The notes under the pieces: generated by a model
What the model saw: the letters and a program-made list of their open reading frames with translations, nothing else
What the model was told of the DNA's origin: nothing
Database searches by the model: none
Position numbers and translations under genes: made by a program
Source: Candidatus Komeilibacteria bacterium
Lineage (GTDB): Bacteria; Patescibacteriota; Patescibacteriia; UBA1558
Reading direction: 5' to 3'
NCBI GenBank assembly: GCA_048538235.1
Contig: JBLYPX010000001.1
Coordinates: forward strand, 787,011 to 851,010
Length of the DNA: 64,000 nucleotides
Shown: positions 10,954 to 18,712 of the stretch, piece after piece
Layout: every line of letters starts with the position of its first letter
Position numbering within the stretch: the first letter of the stretch is position 1

Positions 10954-11202
10954 TTAATTTATTTTTATAAACCTAGTTAAAATATCTTGCAACTTCTTTT
11001 CATCATTCTTATTTATCCTTAAACAACTTGTTTCATCTTCCATAATAGCTTTTCCTAATGATGATAAAGCCCCTTTAATAGCTGCTAATTGATTAAAAAC
11101 CTCTAGACAATTTGTATTATTATCTAACATTTGTTCTAGCCCATTAAGCTGTCCTTTAATCTTAGAAACTCTTGCTTTTAGTTTTTTCTTATCCTTATTC
11201 AT
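10954..11202 (-). CDS. CsoR/RcnR/CstR-family transcriptional repressor (start revised to MNKDKK at 11202)
   Basis: RVSKIKGQLNGLEQML..C.EVFNQLAAIKGAL pattern, two Cys; cognate-type operator upstream. Confidence 0.88.
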   Translation of the reverse strand: MNKDKKKLKARVSKIKGQLNGLEQMLDNNTNCLEVFNQLAAIKGALSSLGKAIMEDETSCLRINKNDEKKLQDILTRFIKIN

Positions 11203-11208
11203 AAATGT

Positions 11209-11237
11209 AGTATACCCCCCGGGGGTATATCTGTCAA
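11209..11237 (-). promoter_or_regulatory. Sigma70 promoter TTGACA-N17-TATACT overlapping CsoR-type operator TATACCCCCCGGGGGTATA (11211-11229)
   Basis: Inverted repeat with central C/G tracts, typical of CsoR-family operators, spans the spacer and -10. Confidence 0.88.
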
Positions 11238-11240
11238 GCA

Positions 11241-11681
11241 TTACAACACTAGGAATATTATTATTAAGACAATACTTACAGCCATATCATATTTAGAAAA
11301 ATATCCTATTGGTCCTTTAAGATTAATTTTCTTCTTTGGATAAAAAGGATAATACTCTGCTCCATCTAAAGCATCCATAAGTAGGTGCAAAAAATATGCA
11401 ACTGTTATTATAACCCCAATTTGTAAATTAATTATCATAGCAATTACAGATAAAGCAACCGCAACAAAAATATTGTGTAGATAATTTCTTTGATCATCAA
11501 AAGGATCTTCCTGTTGAACAACTATATTAACAAACTTCTTCCAGTTTTTTAGATAGCCGTGTTTAAAAAAAGCATAGGCATGATCTGTATCAGGAAAAAT
11601 AGATGCTATTACAGCAGTAGTATAGTCTCCGGTTATTTTTCCAATAACCAGTCCAGCTGCGATGTGTGATGGTGCATACAT
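11241..11681 (-). CDS. Membrane metal-dependent hydrolase (YdjM-like)
   Basis: H, PDxDH, RNYLHN, HLLMD motifs; start at MYAPSH. Confidence 0.8.
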   Translation of the reverse strand: MYAPSHIAAGLVIGKITGDYTTAVIASIFPDTDHAYAFFKHGYLKNWKKFVNIVVQQEDPFDDQRNYLHNIFVAVALSVIAMIINLQIGVIITVAYFLHLLMDALDGAEYYPFYPKKKINLKGPIGYFSKYDMAVSIVLIIIFLVL

Positions 11682-11742
11682 AAATTGTATATTAATTTTA
11701 AGTACATCTATTATATGTCCTAGAGCAATATGACACAAATAG

Positions 11743-11768
11743 AAAAAGCCATCACAATGTGATGGCTT
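11743..11768 (-). terminator. Intrinsic terminator of the 6S-like RNA
   Basis: AAGCCATCAC/GTGATGGCTT perfect stem followed by T-run on -. Confidence 0.8.
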
Positions 11769-11773
11769 AAAAT

Positions 11774-11957
11774 TTGCTCATCAGCCTATCGCGATCAATA
11801 ATTATTACTTGACCACCAAGTGCGTCGGTGACGTTCTTTTGCCGTCTTAAACCTTAGCTTCTTGTCTGGGTATGAGATTCCCTTTAGGCAATAATGATTG
11901 TTCAAATTCAGATAAGTAGAATCAGATATGCACGTGTGCCTTTCAGCCAATGAGCAA
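11774..11957 (-). ncRNA. 6S RNA-like ncRNA (184 nt)
   Basis: TATAAT at 11962-11967; 13-bp terminal stem with G-U pairs only on -; UUUGAAC..CAU..GGGA and GAACGUCA..GGUCAA elements recall Firmicutes 6S RNAs; own terminator. Confidence 0.55.
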
Positions 11958-11973
11958 TATAATTATACTACAA

Positions 11974-11989
11974 TGTTCCACGTGGAACA
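11974..11989. other. parS site 1 (TGTTCCACGTGGAACA)
   Basis: Perfect 16-bp palindrome matching the parS consensus, about 4 kb from dnaA. Confidence 0.9.
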
Positions 11990-12012
11990 AAAAAACAACC
12001 CTTAAGGTTGTT

Positions 12013-12089
<77 letters not shown>

Positions 12090-12133
12090 GTGAGCAATAT
12101 TTTATATTATATATTAAAAATTATCAATATTAA

Positions 12134-12149
12134 TGTTCTACGTGGAACA
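12134..12149. other. parS site 2 (TGTTCTACGTGGAACA)
   Basis: One mismatch to site 1. Confidence 0.85.
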
Positions 12150-12196
12150 ATTTGACAAGTAGATTTTATTAATATAATATATTCTTAATGGAAAAT

Positions 12197-12463
12197 GAGA
12201 GGTTTGGCGAACGCTGTTGTAGCGGGTGCAGCTAATGAGGCTATCTGTCTCAAATGCGCAAATGCTCATCAGGGTTGGTTCAGATAAGATGCCGCTTCAG
12301 AGCGAGTTATGCAGAGACAAGGGTGGAATATTAAATTGTTTTGCAGCAAGGCGATATTCTATGCAACTCCCAAGTTAATGCTCAATTCAGAGTCTGAATA
12401 CCTTATTTCCTTAAGGGAATGAGTCTGAACAGGAGAGCCTAAACGCTATAACAAAACCTTCTC
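12197..12463 (+). ncRNA. Unassigned rod-like structured ncRNA (about 267 nt)
   Basis: Promoter TTGACA(12152)-N17-TAATAT; nested long-range helices with G-U pairs; terminator at 12469-12500; no long ORF. Confidence 0.6.
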
Positions 12464-12468
12464 TAATT

Positions 12469-12500
12469 AACCCCTGTCGCAACGTCGATGGGGGTTTTTT
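12469..12500 (+). terminator. Intrinsic terminator
   Basis: CCCCTGTCG/CGATGGGGG stem followed by T6. Confidence 0.8.
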
Positions 12501-12512
12501 GATTATCTATTA

Positions 12513-12528
12513 TGTTCCACGTGGAACA
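12513..12528. other. parS site 3 (TGTTCCACGTGGAACA)
   Basis: Identical to site 1. Confidence 0.9.
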
Positions 12529-12553
12529 AAAAAACACCAATAAGGTGTTATTC

Positions 12554-12628
12554 TGGTGCCCCCGGTAGGAATCGAACCTACATCTAGACGTTAGGAGTGT
12601 CTTGTTCTATCCATTGAACTACAGGGGC
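12554..12628 (-). tRNA. tRNA-Arg(CCT)
   Basis: Cloverleaf, anticodon CCT, GGTTCGATTCC T-arm, encoded CCA. Confidence 0.94.
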
Positions 12629-12744
12629 TAGGGTATAATCTACTAAAAAAATGCTCTATATAGAACATTTTACATAATATTGTATATAATATTGCTAATA
12701 TTAGCCATTAATTTGTGTCGTAAAATGTTATATGGACTATTAAA

Positions 12745-12840
12745 TTATATAAATTGCCTAATTACAACAAATAAAACTACAAATATTACAGCTAAAACCA
12801 TTATTAGTCTTAAATCCTTTTTGTAATAAATTTCATTCAT
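12745..12840 (-). CDS. Putative 31-aa single-TM peptide (MNEIYYKKDLRLIMVLAVIFVVLFVVIRQFI)
   Basis: Manual translation; clean hydrophobic helix; below the ORF-track cutoff. Confidence 0.5.
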   Translation of the reverse strand: MNEIYYKKDLRLIMVLAVIFVVLFVVIRQFI

Positions 12841-12927
12841 TTAATAAATTGTTATTTTTTTAGTGTTTATACTATAATATATTCACTTAGATTTGTCTAA
12901 GGTAAATTAATCAATATATAGAAAATT

Positions 12928-13323
12928 ATGTTTAAAGAAGAAAACCCAGCTAAAGATATAAAATCTGCTGAAACAATTATAGGCCCCTCTGTTCGTGTTG
13001 AGGGTGATTTTATTAGTGATAACGACATTATTATTGACGGTGAGGTGGTTGGAAACATAAGTACCGCCAATAATCTAAGAATTGGCAGAGGAGCTGTTGT
13101 AAAAGCTAAAATTGATGCTAAAAATGCATATATAGCTGGTAAAGTAACAGGCAATGTTACTGTTAAGGACAAATTAAAGATTACAGACTCAGCAACTATT
13201 AAGGGTAATGTTACGGCTAAACTATTAGATGTAGAACAAGGTGCTTCACTTGTTGGTCAATGTAAAGTTGATCCAGGTAATGAAGTAAAACCTGAACCTA
13301 AGCCAGAAAAAACTACTAAATAA
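12928..13323 (+). CDS. Bactofilin (polymer-forming cytoskeletal protein)
   Basis: TIIGPSVRVEGDF..DIIIDGEVVGNI beta-helix repeats. Confidence 0.92.
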   Translation: MFKEENPAKDIKSAETIIGPSVRVEGDFISDNDIIIDGEVVGNISTANNLRIGRGAVVKAKIDAKNAYIAGKVTGNVTVKDKLKITDSATIKGNVTAKLLDVEQGASLVGQCKVDPGNEVKPEPKPEKTTK

Positions 13324-13334
13324 AAACTCGGTTA

Positions 13335-14081
13335 ATGTATTTATACATCTACGACAATTTTTTAACTGAGAAAAAATATCAAAGCCAATTATACAAGATA
13401 GAAAACAGATTGGTGGATTTAGGTATTAAAGGTAGAGTTGTTAGACTTAACATATTAAAGAATATGGCTGAGGTAGTTGAAGACGGAATTAAACAAGGTG
13501 TTAAAACTGTTGTGGTTGTTGGCAATGATGTAAGTTTTTCAAAAATAATAAATATTGTGGCAGATAAAAATGTTGTGCTCGGAATTATACCTGTCGATAA
13601 TAAATCAAAGATAGGAAAAATTTTAGGTATACCTCCTTTAGGTTCTGCTTGTGAAGTTCTTGCTCAAAGAATAATTAAAACTATAGACCTTGGAAAGGTT
13701 GGTAATTATTATTTTATTGATTCAGCTGTTATTAGGAATGAAAAAACTACAGTTCATTTACCTAAGTACACAATTCAACCCACTAGTCCACAGAATATTG
13801 TTTCATTTAATAACCTTGGTATATTTACAGCTAACGAAGAAACCCGATTTAATTTTGATCCAACAGATAGTAAACTTGAGCTGGTTATGAATTCTACCAA
13901 AGACACGTTAAAGAAGGGGAGTGATTTAACAATAATACCTTTTGAAAAAGTTAAGGTTGAGTGTTCTGAACCTGGTGCTTTTATTATTGCTGATCAAGTT
14001 ACTAAATTAAAGCCGCCAGCAGAAGTTACGGTTGTATCTAAAAAACTTAAAGTAATCGTTGGTAACAAAAGATTGTTTTAA
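13335..14081 (+). CDS. Diacylglycerol kinase-family-like protein (degenerate GGDG motif)
   Basis: VVVVGND, LGIIP, IDLGKV motifs. Confidence 0.7.
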   Translation: MYLYIYDNFLTEKKYQSQLYKIENRLVDLGIKGRVVRLNILKNMAEVVEDGIKQGVKTVVVVGNDVSFSKIINIVADKNVVLGIIPVDNKSKIGKILGIPPLGSACEVLAQRIIKTIDLGKVGNYYFIDSAVIRNEKTTVHLPKYTIQPTSPQNIVSFNNLGIFTANEETRFNFDPTDSKLELVMNSTKDTLKKGSDLTIIPFEKVKVECSEPGAFIIADQVTKLKPPAEVTVVSKKLKVIVGNKRLF

Positions 14082-14135
14082 TTATCTACATATACAAAAA
14101 ACCGCTATTTCTAGCGGTTTTATATATAATATATT

Positions 14136-14882
14136 TTACTGAACAACTTCTATGGGGTTGTCTTTTTTCTTCTTTGAAAATATTAAGTATTGTTGTAAAA
14201 CTGTTAAGACAATAGATATTAACCAGTAAAGAACCAAGCCGCTTGGCAATGACACTCCAATAAATACTGTGAATAGCGGCATCATATAAACCATTTGTTT
14301 GCCCATAGCATCTGCCATATCATTTCCTTTTTTCTTATCTTTAACTTCTCCCTTCTTACCTTTAATATTCATTATCATCTTTGATTGTACATACTGACCA
14401 ATACCGGCAAGCACTGCCAAAATTGTATTTGGTTCTGCCAAATTTATTAATCCCAAGAACATATTATTTATAGTTCCAGGATTTTGTACAAAAGAATATA
14501 AAACATCAAACGAACCATTTGAAAGTCCTAATCTAAAAACTTGGTAAACTGCAATTAAAATTGGTAGCTGAATAAATAATGGTAAACAAGAAGACGCTGG
14601 ATTTATTTTCTCTCTTTTATAAAGCTCCATAGTTGCTCTACCAAAAGCTTCCTTATCATCTTTATGCTTTTCTTTTAATTCATCGATTTGAGGTTTTAAC
14701 TCTTGAAGTTTTTTCTGTGACTCAATTGAACTTTTTGATAGGGGATATAAAACTAACCTTACAAGAATAGTTATAAGAATAATTGCAAAACCAATATCTT
14801 TAATAGGAATAATATTATAAAAAAATATTAATACATTAAATAATGGTTCATATAAAATTGTATTGTATAAAGAGACAAGCAT
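14136..14882 (-). CDS. yidC: Membrane protein insertase YidC (short form)
   Basis: NPASSCLPLFIQLPI, LPSGLVLYW; origin synteny. Confidence 0.95.
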   Translation of the reverse strand: MLVSLYNTILYEPLFNVLIFFYNIIPIKDIGFAIILITILVRLVLYPLSKSSIESQKKLQELKPQIDELKEKHKDDKEAFGRATMELYKREKINPASSCLPLFIQLPILIAVYQVFRLGLSNGSFDVLYSFVQNPGTINNMFLGLINLAEPNTILAVLAGIGQYVQSKMIMNIKGKKGEVKDKKKGNDMADAMGKQMVYMMPLFTVFIGVSLPSGLVLYWLISIVLTVLQQYLIFSKKKKDNPIEVVQ

Positions 14883-14884
14883 AG

Positions 14885-15133
14885 TTATTTATTTTTTTTA
14901 ATTATAGGGTCATAACCGCCTTTTGACAACGGGTTACAACGCAACACTCTTAAACAAGTATATAAAGAGCCTTTTATAGCTCCATGTTCTTTAATTGATT
15001 GATGTCCATATTCTGAACAGGTTGGGTAATAGCGACACGCCCCAAAAGGATATAACATTTTTAATATTCCTGTATCAGGAGATATATATTTTTGATACTT
15101 CTTAATAATACTCAAAATACCTTTTTTAATCAT
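14885..15133 (-). CDS. yidD: Membrane protein insertion efficiency factor
   Basis: CRYYPTCSEY, RCNPLSKGGYDP. Confidence 0.95.
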   Translation of the reverse strand: MIKKGILSIIKKYQKYISPDTGILKMLYPFGACRYYPTCSEYGHQSIKEHGAIKGSLYTCLRVLRCNPLSKGGYDPIIKKNK

Positions 15134-15467
15134 TTTTAAGAATCTTTAATTCTTTTAAACCTGCTGTTATTTGGTCTTGAATTGAAGAAAAGTCTGCATT
15201 TTCTACGCCTTTTTTGGCTATTATGACAAAATCCCACTGTTTTCCAATGTTTTTAGCATGCTTAGCCACAATACTACGAGCTCTTCTTTTAAATTTATTC
15301 CTATCTACTGCTAATTTTAGGTTTTTTTTAGAAACAATAACAGTATATCTATATTCCTTGTTTTCATTGTTTTTAACTGCTTTTAAAGTTAAATACTTTG
15401 AAAAAAAGGGCCTTCCCTTTAAGGCCCGTATAATTTCTTTTTCTTTGGATAGACTATTTCTTCTCAT
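15126..15467 (-). CDS. rnpA: Ribonuclease P protein component
   Basis: [14 protein letters not shown] motif; synteny. Confidence 0.93.
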   Translation of the reverse strand: MRRNSLSKEKEIIRALKGRPFFSKYLTLKAVKNNENKEYRYTVIVSKKNLKLAVDRNKFKRRARSIVAKHAKNIGKQWDFVIIAKKGVENADFSSIQDQITAGLKELKILKND

Positions 15468-15606
15468 TACTAGCAGAAATTTTAGCGCGTCCTTTTGCTC
15501 TTCTTCTTTTTAGAGTGTTTTTACCGCCTACGCTTGCTTGGCGAGCTCTGAATCCGTGCTTTTTTAATCTATGCTTTTTCTTTGGTTGGTAAGTTCTCTT
15601 TGGCAT
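15454..15606 (-). CDS. rpmH: 50S ribosomal protein L34
   Basis: Manual translation [22 protein letters not shown]...RRRAKGR. Confidence 0.95.
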   Translation of the reverse strand: MPKRTYQPKKKHRLKKHGFRARQASVGGKNTLKRRRAKGRAKISASNEKK

Positions 15607-15823
15607 ATTTTTAGTATATTAGTAAAAAATTTTGCAACGGTAGTGTAACAACTATTTACCTTCTTGTAAAGACCCTTTCCTTGATAGATTTTTTATCCAT
15701 ATATTATTAACAGGTTGTAAACAAATTGTTCTTTTTTAGTGTGTTCTTTAAATCACCCCTTTGTGATAAAATTATTATCGTCACGTGTTTTACTCTTTCA
15801 TTATTAATTAAATAAAAAAATAA

Positions 15824-17209
15824 ATGCTAACAAATCAATTGTGGGACGCTGTACTTGGCGAACTAGAACTTACTATTTCAAAAGCAAACTTTACTACATG
15901 GTTTAAAAATACTTTTATCCATTCTGTTGACGACAATAGTATTGTAGTTGGGGTTCCTAATGCTTTTACAAAAGCTTGGCTTGAAAACAAGTACCACGAT
16001 CACATCTTAACTGCTTTAAACAAAAGTAGTCAGGGAAAAATTGATTCTGTTGTATATAAGGTTGCATCAAACAAAGAGCAAAACCCAGAGCAAATTAAAA
16101 ATCATGTAGCTAGTGCTAATGGAGAGAAAGAAGAGGTTGAAAACACTTCTACCGTAGAAGAACCTGTAAGGCCTGCACAAAATAATTTTAATTTAAACCC
16201 AAAGTATACTTTTGAAACATTTATTGTTGGTAAGGGTAATGATTTGGCTACAGCTGCTGCTAATGCAGTGGTTAATAAACCAGGGGAAGTATATAATCCC
16301 TTGTTTTTATATGGTGGTGTTGGTCTTGGTAAGACTCATTTATTACAAGCTATCGGAAATGCTCTTCTTGCTAAGGATCCTAAAATTAAAATTGTATATT
16401 TAAATACTGAAAAATTTGTTAATGATTTTATTAACTCCATTAAGAAAGGAACGACTGATGAGTTAAAAAAATATTACCGTACTGTTGATGTTCTTTTAAT
16501 AGATGATATTCAATTTATTGCTGGCAAAGAACAAACTCAAGAAGAATTCTTTCACACCTTTAACGAATTACACCAAAAGAATAAACAAATTGTAATGACG
16601 TCAGATAGACCACCAAAGGCTATTGCAGAGGTTGAGCAACGTTTAATATCTAGGTTTGAGTGGGGAATGATTGCAGATATTGGTGTGCCAGATATGGAAA
16701 CAAGATACGCGATTCTAGAATCTAAATGTCATGAAAAGGGTATTTCTCTATCACCAGATATAATTTCTTATGTGGCAGAGAATATACAAAATAATATTAG
16801 AGAATTAGAAGGCGCATTAAATAGAATAATAGCCTATCAACAGTTAAATAACGCTGAAATTACGCTTGAATCGGTTCAAAATGTATTAGGCTCATTATCT
16901 TTAAGTGCAAAGAAAAGTGGTTTAACTCCTAAAAAAATAGCTGCTAAAGTTGCTGACTTCTATGATATTGCTGTAAGTGATTTAATGGGTAGTAGTAGAA
17001 GAAAAGAGTTAGTCTTTCCAAGACAAATAACTATGTGGTTGTTAAGAGAAGAATTAAAAAGCTCTTACCCATCTATTGGACAAGAGCTTGGTGGAAGAGA
17101 TCATACTACTGCTATACACGCTTGTAATAAAATTACTGAACAAATTAAGAACGATAGTAAAACAAAAAGTGATATTGAATTAATAAGACAACAACTTTAC
17201 GCTTCATAA
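15824..17209 (+). CDS. dnaA: Chromosomal replication initiator DnaA
   Basis: YNPLFLYGGVGLGKTHL, LLIDDIQF, GGRDHTT. Confidence 0.98.
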   Translation: MLTNQLWDAVLGELELTISKANFTTWFKNTFIHSVDDNSIVVGVPNAFTKAWLENKYHDHILTALNKSSQGKIDSVVYKVASNKEQNPEQIKNHVASANGEKEEVENTSTVEEPVRPAQNNFNLNPKYTFETFIVGKGNDLATAAANAVVNKPGEVYNPLFLYGGVGLGKTHLLQAIGNALLAKDPKIKIVYLNTEKFVNDFINSIKKGTTDELKKYYRTVDVLLIDDIQFIAGKEQTQEEFFHTFNELHQKNKQIVMTSDRPPKAIAEVEQRLISRFEWGMIADIGVPDMETRYAILESKCHEKGISLSPDIISYVAENIQNNIRELEGALNRIIAYQQLNNAEITLESVQNVLGSLSLSAKKSGLTPKKIAAKVADFYDIAVSDLMGSSRRKELVFPRQITMWLLREELKSSYPSIGQELGGRDHTTAIHACNKITEQIKNDSKTKSDIELIRQQLYAS

Positions 17210-17468
17210 ATTGTTAATAAGGTTGTTTATTAAAAACTAATCTTAAGTTAACAACCACACCTAATGTGTTAATAAAAAAACGGTTATACACAGACATAGA
17301 ATTTAAAGTAAAACTTAATAACAGATAATAAAATTTTCCCTAACTGTTTGTTAACTTTCAAAACCATCTCTAAACCGTTTGTACATAATATAATAATAGA
17401 CCTTATCAACATATTAACAGCCCCTATTATTATAACTAAGTAAAATATAATTAATTAATAATATAGTA
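17210..17468. other. oriC (dnaA-dnaN intergenic; more DnaA-box-like sites upstream of dnaA at 15693 and 15704)
   Basis: TTATACACA at 17284; tandem boxes 17403-17419, then GCCCC, then TAT/TAA trio-like run 17425-17439. Confidence 0.85.
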
Positions 17469-18569
17469 ATGAAATTTATATGCACAAGAGAAAATTTGAA
17501 TAATGGTTTAAGCGTTGTAAACCATTTAGCTTCTCACAATGCAAACCTACCAATTCTAAATAATGTTTTAGTAGATGCTAAAGACGGAATAATAACTTTA
17601 GCTACAACAAATTTAGAAATTGGGATTAAGGTTGTAGTGAGAGGGAAAATAGAAACAGAAGGTTCTTACACTGTGCCAGCTCGTTTATTTTCAGATTTTG
17701 TTTCATTACTGCCAAATGAAAACGTAGATATAGATTTAGAAACAGATGGTTTAAATGTACGTTGTAAAAATTCACAAACACAAATTAAAGGAATGCTGTC
17801 AGAGGATTATCCTTTAATTCCAGATGTTAGTTCAGATAAAAAGGTTTCCATAGATATGCAAGTTTTTAAAGAAACTTTAGGACAAACAGTTTTTGCAGCA
17901 ACGCTAGATGATAATAGACCAGAAATTAGTGGTGTGTTTTTTAACTTCAAAGGTCAAGATCTTGTGGTGGCAGCAACAGACAGTTATCGTTTGGCTGAAA
18001 AGAGAATTAAAGTAGAAAATTCTATTGATCAAAAAGTTATTATACCTTTAAAAACTCTACAAGAACTTAGTAGAATTTTAGCAAACACTACAGAAAAGAA
18101 AATAGAAATATATTTAAATGAGAACCAAATAGCTTTTAGTTGTAATAATATAGTTTTAACTTCGCGTTTAATTGATGGAAATTACCCAGATTATGAACAA
18201 ATTATACCCACGGATGAAAAGACAGTAACAAAGGTTGGTGTTAGTGAGTTAGTTAAAGCTATAAAAGGTGCTTCATTGTTCTGTAAAACAGGGATAAATG
18301 ATATAAAAATGACTATTATACCTTCAAAAAATGAAGTGGTTATCCTGTCAACAAACAGTGGATTAGGAGAAAATATTACCAACATAAAGGCAGATATTAA
18401 GGGCGAAGAGGTGGAAATAGTCTTTAATTACCGCTATTTACTTGATGGCTTAAATAACTTACAATCAGAGCAGGTAATAATAAAAACCTCCAATCAAGGT
18501 GCTCCAGGGGTTTTTGTGCCGGACAACAAAGAAGGATACCTATACATTGTGATGCCAATCCGGCAATAA
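17469..18569 (+). CDS. dnaN: DNA polymerase III beta clamp
   Basis: LPILNNVL, ATDSYRLA, GNYPDY, YIVMPIR. Confidence 0.97.
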   Translation: MKFICTRENLNNGLSVVNHLASHNANLPILNNVLVDAKDGIITLATTNLEIGIKVVVRGKIETEGSYTVPARLFSDFVSLLPNENVDIDLETDGLNVRCKNSQTQIKGMLSEDYPLIPDVSSDKKVSIDMQVFKETLGQTVFAATLDDNRPEISGVFFNFKGQDLVVAATDSYRLAEKRIKVENSIDQKVIIPLKTLQELSRILANTTEKKIEIYLNENQIAFSCNNIVLTSRLIDGNYPDYEQIIPTDEKTVTKVGVSELVKAIKGASLFCKTGINDIKMTIIPSKNEVVILSTNSGLGENITNIKADIKGEEVEIVFNYRYLLDGLNNLQSEQVIIKTSNQGAPGVFVPDNKEGYLYIVMPIRQ

Positions 18570-18662
18570 ATTTACTTAATTGGGGCGGTCAGGCGACATA
18601 AGTTTACTTAAGTTGCTTACCACTACCTCTTAAGATATAGTTCTCAGGCATGGGGGCTACCT

Positions 18663-18693
18663 AAAAAACCGACACTTATAGTGCCGGTTTTTT
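18663..18693. terminator. Bidirectional terminator between dnaN and the PBP gene
   Basis: A6-CCGACAC/GTGCCGG-T6. Confidence 0.75.
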
Positions 18694-18712
18694 GGTTAAG
18701 ATGTTTTATATA

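Noticed and set aside
11777-11784. CUGAUGAG hammerhead ribozyme core on -
   Set aside because: No downstream stem II-GAAA; the bases belong to the terminal stem
12197-12463. RNase P RNA, tmRNA or SRP RNA identity for the long ncRNA
   Set aside because: No GAGGAAAGUCC P4 motif, no tRNA-like GGGG...CCA ends or tag frame, no GGAA-loop SRP helix 8
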